From positions 28,932,556 through 28,996,555 of the forward strand of contig NC_057719.1 in NCBI RefSeq assembly GCF_004010195.1: a stretch of 64,000 nucleotides of DNA, in the 5' to 3' direction. The notes under the pieces were generated by a model. It was not told the DNA's origin, searched no databases, and saw only the letters and a program-made list of their open reading frames with translations. Below are positions 37,840-49,394 of this stretch, in pieces. The position numbers and the translations under genes were made by a program. The stretch comes from Chiloscyllium plagiosum (lineage: Eukaryota). How positions within the stretch are numbered: the first letter of the stretch is position 1; each line of letters begins with the position of its first letter.

Positions 37840-39030
37840 CACAGAAGCATTACTGTGCATTCAGCTCATTGTGTCTATACTGTCTCTATAAATGAACATC
37901 ACGACTTAGAACCATTTTCCTTCCATTTCCCCATACCCTTGCACATTGATTCTGTTTAAATAATCATTTAATGCTGTCTTGAATGAATCAATTGAACTTG
38001 CATCTACCACACATTCAGGTCATGAATTCCTGACCCAAATCATGCATTGTGTGAAAAAGTCTTTTCTCACGTCACATTTGCCTTGTTTGTAAATTACCTT
38101 AAATCTGCACCCTCTCATTCTTGATCCTTTTATGAGTGGGAACAGTTTCTTCTTATTCACTCTATCCAGCCCCCTGACAATTTTGAAAACTTCTATCAGA
38201 TTTCCTTTTAGCCTACTTCAGTCTAAGGTGAACAGTTCCAATCCCTCCAATGAAAAGAGGAGAACATGCCCCCACCTACATCAATGGAGCAGAGCTTGAG
38301 AGGGTTGAGAGCATCAAGTTCCTACAAGTGACGATCACTGATAACCTCTTCTGGACTTCCCGTGTAGATATGATAGTCAAGAAGGCACAACAATGCTTCT
38401 TCATCCTCAGGCAGATCATGAAATTTGGCATTACCAACCTTTATAGATGCACTATTGAAAGCATACAGTCTGGGGGTATAATGGCGTGGTATGGCTCTGT
38501 CCAGGACTGTAAGAAGATTGTGTGCACAGCCCAGACGATCATGGAAGCCAACCTCCCAACTCCATTTACACCTCACGTTGCTACAGAAAGGCTGCCAACA
38601 TCATCAAAGACCCTTCCCACTCTGGCAATGCTCTCCTACAACTTCTTCCATCAGGCAGAAGATACAGAAGCTTGAACACATGCACCAACATGTTCAAGAA
38701 CAGCTTCTTCCCTGCTGTTATTAGACTGACAAATGGACTCTGTAATTTCAAATAATGTTGATGTTGGAAATGCTGATCTTGCTTCATGCACGTTCTGTGC
38801 AGTGTAACCTGTATGCATCATTCTATCCAAGTGTTGTCATCCTATGATCTGTATCACCTTGGTAACTATGATCTACCTGTACTGTTTGTAAACAAAGCTT
38901 TTCACTGTACTTAGGTATACATGGCAATAAATCAAATCAAGTTTCTTATCCCTGGATTCGTTCTTGAAAATCTCATCTGCATTGTCTCCAATACATTCAC
39001 ATCCTTTCTATAAAGTGGCACCAGAACTAT
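37840..39030 (-). mobile_element. Older CR1 3' fragment interrupted by a Rex/Babar element
   Basis: CR1-like gtgtgaaaaag...ccttaaatctgcacctctcattcttga segment before 38248; resumes after 38941. Confidence 0.6.
38249..38941 (+). mobile_element. Rex1/Babar-clade LINE, 3' end
   Basis: ERVESIKFL.VTITDNL.W, KKAQQ, YRCTIES, IIKDPSH and LLPSGRRYRS...FKNSFFPAVIRL motifs; tail AATAAATCAAATCAA. Confidence 0.8.
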
Positions 39031-40749
39031 GCATTGTTCAGAGTTTCCAGAGCTTCTTCACCACTGATATCAAATAGAAACAAACATAGATATTGCTGGA
39101 GAAACTCAGTTGATGTGGCAATATCTGTGGAGACATAAACAGCGTTAATGTTTCAAGTCTGATATGACTTCTTCAGTTGTGTCATGGTAAGTGCCACAGT
39201 CTTTTCTCTGCCACCCGTACTCTGCTTCTCTCACTATTGTAGAGAAATTACCTGCACTGCCAGAAGCCACCTTCTAAACTTTTGAGAAAGACTCTATTGA
39301 GGCTTCAGAAGAAGCATCAGCAAGTCTGCCTCCGGTACACCATCCTGCTCAGGCACTGACACCTCAGTGGGAACGTAAGGCTCAGAAAGTTTAGGGGCAC
39401 AGTCTGTGATCACCTCACAGCAACAGCTCTCGAGTTGTCTAAGGAAGGAACATAGACCAGGCACCTGCACAGCCCCAAGCAGGGATTTTGTTCACATGGA
39501 AGAACAGCAGCAGCAGACAGGTAATGGGTGGCAATGAAGGAGTATATGTGTAGTAGAATGCTATAGGGACCCTGCTGTCCCAAGCATGTGACCACCTGGC
39601 TCCCTCCAAGGACAGGTTGGTGGCTGTAATGGAGAGCCAAGTCCAGCACTTCAGGGTCTAATGGAAAGGAACATACACCTACACTCCATTTCCCCAGGCA
39701 CTGGCCCTTAGGACTGAAGGCATGACAACAGGGTGAAAGGTGCATCTCCCAGGTCCCCACCTGATCCACCCACCCATGAAGTCTGTACCTCTCCATGTTT
39801 CTGACAGTCCCTGGCATACAAGGTGACCATGCCAAGAGTGGTTGTACCCTGTACCTTGTCCTCCCCCAACCCGCTTGAAGCCAGAGTGTTCCTGACCTTA
39901 AGATGATGACCTCCACCCTCCCGCCACTCCCAACATGTGATCCATATCCAACTATGCTTTGGAATAATCTCATCTTACAAAACGGTTGCCTCCCGTTACA
40001 ATCATCATTGCCCTTTCCTCCAGCCTGCAGACCTAATCTCTGTGAATAGGTTCCTGAGTCCCACAGCAGCAGCACCCCTTGTCCTGCCCACACCTTTTCC
40101 CCTTTGTTTGTGTGGACAAAAGGACAGGCTGTCCATGCCTCATGCCTTTGAATGACCTAAATCAGACAACCCTAGACAAGAACCAACGAGACCCCTAACT
40201 GTACATCCCCCCTCTAGCCTCCGGACTGGCCACTATGGAGTCACAGGACTGACTGCAGACTGAAAACATCCCAAACAGATACCTGATATGTTCAATACCC
40301 TGGACTGGTATCAAGGGCTTCTTATTTGACTTACTGTGCAAGACAGTCATACTGATGGGTGGACTTCAGGGAGGGCTACTTCCCTGAGACTTTGAGACAT
40401 GGCTGTTTGCTTGCTGCACACACTATTCCATGCTCGGCAGTATGGAGGCTCTTTACAGCCAGCAGCGAGCTGGATCCATCCACTCTTTTGAGAATTCTCA
40501 ATGACTAGACTGTGCAGCCCATTGGAAACATAGCCGACTGCACATTAATGACGCGATGTGCCATTGAAAGGTGGTTAAGCAAAGAATCCCTTCAAAGGGC
40601 ACTGCCACCTGCCACTTGACACATTGCCCAGTAGATGCATAAAAGATGCAGTGAGTTGCATCTAATTTGAAATGGACCCTGCTTGAATTCTCACACAATT
40701 CTGTTACAAGTTGTGCCATTGCCAATGTCGTTCAGGTATCTGTAAGATT

Positions 40750-41250
40750 CTGCCACAGTCTATGTGTAATTAAAGTCCCCCATTACTACTGCTGTATAAT
40801 GTTGACACCTGTCTGTAATTTCCCTGCAGATTTGTTTCTCTACATTCTTCCTGCTTGTTGATGGTCCACAGATATCACCAATGTAACTACACCCTTTCCA
40901 TTGCTTAGCTCTGGCCAATTGATTCTGCCATTGAATCCATAGGAAATCCAATTTTACAGTATAGAATTGCTCTGCTTAAATAATACTGCCACCATTCACC
41001 CTTTCTTCCTTTTTTTATCTTTTCTGAACACCTTATATTCAGGAATATTTAGCACCCAGTCTTATCCTTACTTAAGCCAGGCTCTGTTATCACCACAATA
41101 CCCCATTTCCACATTGCAATCTGTACCTGTAGCTCCCCAGTCTTAATTACTGTACTCTCTGCATTCAGATACATGTGATGCCACCCTGGCTTACACGTCA
41201 TTACATTTTCTCTCACTCTGACTTCACCTGTTGTGCTATCTGTCTCTCCA
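40750..41250 (-). mobile_element. CR1 endonuclease fragment
   Basis: MYLNAES..KTGELQVQI, VITE and VVMGDFNY motifs on the minus strand. Confidence 0.75.
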
Positions 41251-41979
41251 AATATTTTGTGAACCATACAACCGTAGGATATGGGAGCAGATGTAGGCCA
41301 TTGAGCCTGTTCAATCAATCAGTAAGATCGGAGCTAATCTGATAATCCTTAAGACCACTTTCCTATCTTTTTCTGTCACCTTTTATTCCATTATAGATGA
41401 AAAAAAAATCTGTTTATTTCAGCCTTGAATATACATAATGAATCAGCCTCAACAGTTGTCCATGTTAAAGAATTCCACAGAATCACTACCCTCTGAGACA
41501 AGAAATTCCTCCTCAGTTCTATCTTAAATGAATGACCGTTTACTTTGAGAGTATGCCCTCTGGTCCGAGACTCTTCCACAAGATGCAATAACCTGTCTAC
41601 ATCTACTCCTGTTAAGTCTCCTACGCATCTTGCATTTTCTAATAAGGTTGAGTTCCATTCTTCTTGACTCCAATGCAAACAAACACAAAGTACTCAACCA
41701 CTCCTCATAAGACTATCACTTCATATCTGGAATTAAACTAGTGAATCGTCTCTGGACTGCATCCAATGACTGTGTATCTTTTCTTAGAAAAAGAGACCAA
41801 ACTGTTCACAGTATACCATGTGTAGTCTAACTAGTGCCTTGTATAGGTTTAGCAAGACTTCCCTACTTATATACTCTATTGCCTCGAAATAAAGGCCAAC
41901 ACTTTTTTTAAAACCTTCATTATTACCTGCTGAAGTTAGATGTTAGCTTTTTGCAATTTATGTGCAAGGGTAATCCAAA

Positions 41980-44900
41980 ATGGAGGATGGAAGAAAAATG
42001 TGGCTATAAGAGCTGCTCCTTTTTTGAGGTATTTTAGATGTTGAAAGTGATTTCCTTGAATTCCAGGAGCAGTAATTACTGTTTTATAAGCTGTTTCATT
42101 GTTTTGGAAAGTTGGGGAAAAAAAAATCAAAATAATGGAGGAAGGAGGAAGAGAACAAAGGCTACATGGTCTGAGAGAGAGAGAGACAGAGAGAGAGAGA
42201 TAAACTTATATGGCCGTCTGGCACAGCAGTGAATCTGAACAGCTAACGCCTCTGCTGTTTGAGTTTGAGTATTTCTGGACATTAGTGTGTGTCTAAGAAC
42301 AATTAACAAACAACGAAATTCACAGATGACCTTAGAGGAACCTATGTGGAAGAGCTCATAGCACAGGAACAGATAACTACACGGATTTTAAGTGTAATCT
42401 TGCTGCCTTTTTTAAATAGTGAGTAGAGTGAGTTCTTTTTGGTTATATGTTTTATTGAGATCAGCGTCTGATTAAAATTTAAAAATATAAAACATAGGTA
42501 CTAAGTTAGCCTGGAGCAGTTTTTTTTAGAGCAGTAAGACTGTGCGAAAGAAGGCCTTTAGTAGAGTGATGTGCTCTTCCTTTCGGATGTGGGAGATTAG
42601 GAAGAATTTGCATATTATTAATGATTATGTCTGCAGTAAGTGTGTTTAGTTGCAAAACCTATCAGATCACATGGATTGGTTGGAGTGGCAGTTAGAGACA
42701 AAAATAACTTACAGGAGCTAGAGGATGTGATGGGTGGCAGTAATAGGAAGGGAGAAAAACTGCAGATACAGTCAGATAAATGGGTTACTGCCAGGAAAGA
42801 TAGGAGAGGCAGACAGGGAGTTCAGGGGTTTCCTGTGGCTATCCCCCTTTCAGACGAGTGCTGTTTTGGGAAATGTAGGGGGTGATGGACTCTCAGGGGA
42901 ATGTAGGACAAACAGCCACATTTCTGGTACTGAGACTGGCTCTAATGTAATGAGGGACATGTCAGGTTCCAAGCGATTAATTGTGAGAGGGGACTCTCTA
43001 GTCAGAGGCACAGACAGACATTTCTGCGGCCAACAGCGAGAAGTCAGAGCGCTGTATTGCCTCCCTGGTGCCAGGGTCAAGGATTTCTTGGAGAGAGTGC
43101 AGAACTTTCTTAAAGGGGAGTGGGACCAGCAGGAGGCCGTTGTACACATTGGAGCTAATGACATGGGAAGGGAAAAGGATGAGATTCTGAAGGGAGAGTA
43201 TAGGATGTGAGGCAGGAATTTAAAAAGGAGGTCCTTGAGGGTAATAATATCCAGATTACTCCCAGTGCTCCTGAGGGTAGGAATAAGAGAATAGAGCAGA
43301 TGAATGCATGGCTGAGGAGATGGTGTGCAGGAGAGAAAGGTTCGTATTTTTGGATCATTGGAATCTCTTAAAGGAGTAAATCAAACAGTCAGGGCAGGCA
43401 GAAACAAAGCAGAGAATAAGGTAAATTAAACTGCATTTATTTCAATGCAAGGGGCCTAAGAGGGAAGGCAGATTATCTCAGGGCATGGTTAGGAACATGG
43501 GACTGGGATATCATAGCAATTCTAGAGACATGGCTCAGGGATAGATAGGACTGGCAGCTTAATGTTCCAGGATACAAATGCTACAGGAAGGATAGAAAGG
43601 GGGACAAGAGAGGAGGGATAAGGGATAACATTATGGCTGTACATAGCGAGGATATTCCTGGGAATATGTCCAGGGGAGGTATTTGGGTGGAATTCAGAAA
43701 TAAGAAAGATATGGTCACCTTATTGGGATTGTGCTGTAACCCCCCAATAGTCAGCAGGGAATGGAGAAACACATTTGTAAGGAGATCTCAGTTATTTGTA
43801 AGAATAATAGGGTGGTTATGGTCGGGGATTTTAACTTTCTAAACATACACTGGGACTGCCATAGTGTTAAGGGTTTAGATGGAGAAGAATTTCTTAAGTG
43901 TATACAGGAAACCTTTCTGATTCAGTACATAGAGAGAAGGTGCAAAACTTGACCTGCTCTTGGGAAATAAGGCAGGGCAAGTGACAGGTGTCAGTGGGTG
44001 AGCACTCTGGGGCCAGTGACCATAATTCTATTAATTTTTAAGTAGTGATGGAAAAGGATAGACAGAATCTAAAAGTTAAAGATCGAAATTGGAGGAAGGC
44101 TGATTTTGATGGTATTAGGCAAGAACTTTCAAAAGTTGATTGGGTGCAGATATTCACAGGTAAAGAGATGGCTGGAAAATGGGAAGCCTTCAATAATGAG
44201 ATAATGGAAGTCCAGAGACAGTATGTTCCTGTTAGGGTGAAAGGCAAGGCTGGTAGGTGCAGGAAATGCTGGATGACTAAAGAAATTGAGGATTTGGTTA
44301 AGAAAATGAAGGAAGCAAATGTCAAATATAAAGAGCAGAGATTGAGTGAATCCTTAGAAGAGTATAAAGGCAGTAGGAGTATACTCAAGAGGGAAATCAG
44401 GAGGGCAAAAAGGGGAAATGAGATAGTTTTGGCAAATAGGATTAAGGAGAATCCAAAGTGATTTTATATATATATGAAGGACAAAGGTGTAACTAGGGAG
44501 AAAAAAGACCCGTCAAAGGAGCAGGAGAATCGACGTTTCGGACATAAGCCCTTCTTCAGGAAACGTCGATTCTCTTGCTCTTTTGATGCTGCCTGACCTG
44601 CTGCGCTTTTCCAGCAACACATGTTTAAGCTCTGATCTCCAGTATCTGCAGTCCTCACTTTCTCCTAGAGAATAGGACCCTTCAACAATGCAGCCTATGT
44701 CTGGAACCGCAGGAGATGGGGATGGGGGAGATACTAAATGAGTATTTTGAATCAGTGTTTACTAAGGAGAAGGACATGGAAGATATAGAAATGTGTGTAA
44801 ATAGATGGTAATATCTTGAAAAATGTCCACATTACAGAGGAAGAGGTGCTGGATGTCTCAAAACACACAAAGGTGGATGAATCTCCAGGACCTGATCAGG

Positions 44901-46402
44901 TGTACTGATGAACTCTGCGGGAAACTAGGAAAGTGATTGCTGACCCCGTTGCTGAGGTATTTGTATCGATAATCACAGGTGAGGTGCTGGAAGGCTGGAG
45001 GTTGGCTAACATGGTGCCACTATTTAAGAAAGATTGTAAGGAAAAGCCAGGGAACTATAGACCAGTGAGCCTGATGTCGGTGGTGGGCAAGTTGTTGGAG
45101 GTAATCCTGAGGGACAGGATGTACATGTATTTGGACAGAAAACATGTCTTTGTGCATGGGAAATCATGTTTTGCTAATTTGATTGAGTTTTTTGAAGAAG
45201 TAACAAAGAGGATTGATGAGGGCAGAGTGGTGGATGTGATCTATATGGACTTCAGTAAAGTGTTCAACAAGGTCCCTCATGGTAGTCTGCTTAGCCAGGT
45301 TAGATCACATGGAATACAGGGTGAAGTAGCCATTTGGATACAGAACTGGCTCAAAGGCAGAAGACAGAGGATGGTGGTGGAGGGTTGCTTTTCAGACTAG
45401 AGGCCTGTGACTAGTGGTGTGCCACAAGGATAGGTGCTAGGTCCACTGCTTTTCATCATTTATATAAATGATTTGGATATGAACATAGGAGATCTAGTTA
45501 GTAAGTTTGCAGATGGCACTATAATTGGTGGTGTACTGGACAGCGAAAAAGTACAATAGGATCTTGATCAGGTGGGCCAATGGACCAAGGATTGGCAGAG
45601 GGAGTTTAATTTCGATAAATGTGAAGTGCTGCATTTTGGAAAGGCAAATCAGGGCAGGACTTATACACTTAATGGTAAGGACCTGGGGAGTGTTGCTGAA
45701 CAAAGAGACCTTGGAATGCAGGTTCATAATTCCTTGAAAGTAGAGTCTCAGATAGATAGGATAGTGAAGAAGGCATTTAGTATGCTTTCCTTTATTGGTC
45801 AAAGCATTGAGTATAGGAGTTGGGAGGTCATGTTGCGGCTGTACAGGACATTGTTTAGGCCACCTGAGGAATATTGTGCGAATTCTGATCTCCCTGATAT
45901 AGGAAGCAAGTTGTGAAATTCAAAAAAGATTTACAAAGATATTGCAGGGTTGGAGAGTTTGAGATATAGGGAGAGACTGAATAGGCTGGAGTTGTTTTCC
46001 CTGGAGCATTGGAGGCTGAAGGGTGACCTTATCGAGGTTTATAAACTCATGAAGAGCATGGATAGGGTAAATGGACAAGATTTTTTCCCTGGGTTGGGGG
46101 AGTCCAGAACTAGAGGGCATAGGTTTAGGGTGAGAGGGAAAGATTTAAAAGGAATCTAAGGAGCAACATTTTCATGCAAAGGCTGATCTGTGTTTGGAAT
46201 GAGCTGCCAGAGGAAGTGGTGGAGGCTGGTACAATTAGAACATTTAAAAGGCATCTGGAGGGATATATGAATAGAAAGAGTTTAGAGGAATACGGTCCTA
46301 GTCCTGGCAAATAGGACTCAATTAATTTAGGATATCTGATCGGATTGGATGCGTTGGAGTGAAGGGTCTGTTTCTCTGCTGTACATCTCTAAGACTATGA
46401 CT
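41980..46402 (+). mobile_element. Near-full-length CR1 LINE (ORF1 zinc finger + SGNH esterase; ORF2 endonuclease + RT), inactivated
   Basis: C..MWE...YVC.KC (42570-42645), GDSLVRG...CLPGARVKD...VVHIGANDMG, VMVGDFNF.NIHW, PGNYRPVSL, YMDFSK and QRDLG motifs; CR1 tail ctctaagactatgact. Has stops and frameshifts. Confidence 0.93.
44513..44665. mobile_element. Penelope-derived insertion with inverted (fold-back) termini inside CR1
   Basis: Arms 44513-44539 and 44560-44586 are 27-nt inverted repeats with 2 mismatches, around a hammerhead-like core. Confidence 0.75.
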
Positions 46403-46574
46403 CCCAAATGCCTCCATTCTGTAGCTTTTTGCAGTCTTTCCCCATTTACATAATATTGAGCTAGTCCTTAATTCAAGTCATTAATATATATTGTAAATAA
46501 TTTTGGTCCCAGCACTGATCCCTGTGACACTCCACAAGTTGCCATCCTCAATCGCAATTCTCTGACTTCTATTA

Positions 46575-47187
46575 GTCTCACAGCGCCAGGGACACAGGTT
46601 CGATTCCAGCCTCGGGTGACTGTCTCTGTGAAGTTTGCACATTCTTCCTGTGCCTGCATGGATTTCTTCTTGGTGCTCCAGTTTCCTTCCACAATCCAAA
46701 CATGTGCAGGTTTGGTGAATTGGCCAGGCTAAATTGTCCATAGGTTAGGTGTAGGTTAGATGCATTAGTCAGGGGTAAATGTAGGGGAATGAGTCTGGGT
46801 GTGTTCAGAGGGTCCATGTGGACTTGTTGGGCCAAAGGGCCTGTTTTGACACTGTAGGGACTCTATAAGGTGGCAAAGTGGCTCAGTGGTTAGCACTGCT
46901 GCCTCACAGCACCAGGGACCCATGTTCAATTCCAGCCTCAGGCGACTGTCTGCGTGGAGTTTGTACATTCTCCCCATGTCTGCATGGGTTTCTTCTGGGT
47001 GTTACGGTTTCCTCCCACAATCCAAAGATGTGCAGATCAGGTGAATTGGCCATACTAAATTGCCCTTAGTGTTAGGTGCTTTAGTCAGAGGGATATGGGT
47101 CTGGGTGGGTTACTCTCCAGAGGATTGGTGTGGACTTGTTGGGCCAATGGGCCTGTTTCCACACTGTAGGGAATCTAATCTAATCTA
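46575..47187 (+). mobile_element. Two tandem V-SINEs (HE1-like): ~46575-46865 (5'-truncated) and ~46868-47187
   Basis: Each has a B box (GTTCGATTCC / GTTCAATTCC), a V-domain and the tail GGGCCTGTTT..ACACTGTAGGGA; the second ends in (TCTAA)n. Confidence 0.88.
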
Positions 47188-47444
47188 GCCAAATTTCTAT
47201 CCATACTAATATATTACCTCTAACATGGGCTGTTATCTTACTAAAAAGCCTACTGGGCAGTAATTTATCAACACTTTCTGAAAATCCAAAGCTATTACAT
47301 TCACGAGTTCCTCTCTATCTATCTTACATTTTGCCTTCTCAAAACATTATAATGAATTTCTCAGGCATAATTATCTCTTCATGGAGCCATGTTGACTTTG
47401 CTTCACTATGTTATTTCTAAATGCTCTGCTATTATGTCCTTCAA

Positions 47445-48190
47445 AACCCACACCCCACTCCCAGCACCTTCCCCTGCATCCGCAAGAAGTGCAGAACCTG
47501 TCCCCTAACCTCCCCCCTCACCTCCGCCCAAGGCCTTAAAGTATCCTTCCACGTCCGACAGAAATTTACCTGTAATTCCGCACATGTCATCTACTGTATC
47601 CGTTGATCTCAATGTGGTCTCCTCTACACCGGGGAAACAGGACACCAACTTACGGAACATTTCAGAAAACATTTCTGGGACACATACACTAACAACCCCA
47701 TCGCCCTATGGCCAAACACGTTAACTCGACCTCCTACTCCGCTAAGGACATGCAAGTCCTAGGCCTTCTCCACTGCCAAACTCTAGCCACCTGACACGTG
47801 GAGGAAGAATACCTCATCTTCCGCCTTGGGACCCTCCAAACACACGGGATTAATGTGGGTTTCACTAGTTTCCTCATTTCTTCTCCCCCCACCTTATCCC
47901 AGATCCAACCTTCTAATTCGGCACCGCCCTCTTGAACTGTCCTACTGTCCATCTTCCTTCCCACCTATCCTCTCTATCCTCCTCTCTGACCTATCACCTT
48001 CACCTCTACCTTCATCTACCTATTGCATTCCCAGCTACCTTCCCCAGCCCTATCCCCTCCCATTTATCGCTCAGCCCCCTTGGGCCACTCCCCAATTCCT
48101 GATGAAGAGCTTATGCTCAAAATGTTGACTCTCCTGCTCCTTGGCTACTGGCTGACTGGCTGTGCTTTTCCAGCCCCACACTCTTCGACC
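47445..48190 (+). mobile_element. Penelope-like element 3' part (GIY-YIG endonuclease + terminal repeat)
   Basis: C.RKKCRTCP...FHVRQKFTCNSAHVIYCIR*SQCGLLYTGETG...EHF (VIY/YxG GIY-YIG motif with flanking cysteines); degenerate hammerhead CTGATGA at 48099-48105. Confidence 0.85.
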
Positions 48191-48360
48191 TATTCTGTAA
48201 GGGGCCTATGTTCACTTTTGTCTCTTTTCCTTTTTATATACTTAAAGAAACTATTTCTATACATCTTGATAGTACTTGAAGAATACCATCAAATTTTACT
48301 TTTCTCCTTCTTATATTTTTTGGTCATCTTTTGCTGGTTTTAAAAATTTTCCCATTCCCT

Positions 48361-48582
48361 CGTGCATGTATGGAATGAGCTGCCAGAGGAAATGGTGGAG
48401 GTTAGTATAATTACAACATTTAAAAGGCATTTGGATGGGTATATGAATAGGAAGGGTTTGGAGGGATATGGGCCAGGTGATGGCAGGTGGGAGTAGATTG
48501 GGTTGGGATATCTGGTCGGCATGGACACGTTGGACTGAAGGGTCTGTTTCCATACTGTACATCTCTATGACTCTATGACTCT
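48361..48582 (+). mobile_element. Short CR1 3' end
   Basis: WNELPEE..TFKRHLDGYM motif and (CTCTATGA)n tail. Confidence 0.88.
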
Positions 48583-49394
48583 GGCTTACCACCCATTTTT
48601 GCCAGATTGCATGTTTTTTTTCTTTCAGTTCGATGCTATCCTTAACTTCTCAGGTTAACTGTGGTTGGCTTACCCGCTTCCTAGAATCCTTCTTTCTCAC
48701 TGGGATATATCTTTTCTTAAAAATCTGCTATTATTTCTCAACTTTCTTTGCTGCTGAACCTTTCCAGTCCACTCCAGGTAGCTGTGCCCTTACTTTATTG
48801 TAATTACCCTTATTTAAATTTAGCACAGTTGTTTCTGACACAAGTTTTTCCCTCTCAGAGTAAACATTAAATTCCACCATGTTATGGTCACTGATTTCTG
48901 GGGGATCTTTTGCTCTGAGATCATTTGTTAAACATAAGTCATTACAAATCACTCAATCCAAAATAGCCTGTTTTCTGGTTGGATCCACAACATATTGAGC
49001 TAGGAAACTGTCCCAAATATGCTCTATGAATTTTTATTGTGGCTACCTCTGCTTATTTGATTTTCCCAATCATCTGAAGAATAAAGTCACGAAAAGTTGA
49101 TGTTCTGATTTTTTAATATGATCTCATTATCGGCTGATTTATTCTCTGTCTTACTCTATAGTTATTGTTCAGGGGCCTATGGACTATTTCTACTGGTGTT
49201 TTCTTCTCCTTGTTCTTTCTCACCTCTACACATTTTGATTTGACACCTTCTGCTCCAAGTTCACTTCTTGTGATTGTACCATTCTGTACTAACAAAGCTC
49301 CCCAGCACATTTTCTTCCCTGCCTGCCCTTTTGAAAATTTAGTTCCCAGTTTGACCATGGATATAGTATCAGATCCATTAACCACAACTTTTTC

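Noticed and set aside
40604..40620. Second CTCF-like motif (minus strand GTGGCAGGTGGCAG)
   Set aside because: Lacks the 5' CCA of the core and lies in a probable repeat; too weak to call.
42734..43210. Host SGNH/GDSL esterase gene
   Set aside because: It is the esterase domain of CR1 ORF1, in line with the downstream endonuclease and RT, and it is disrupted.
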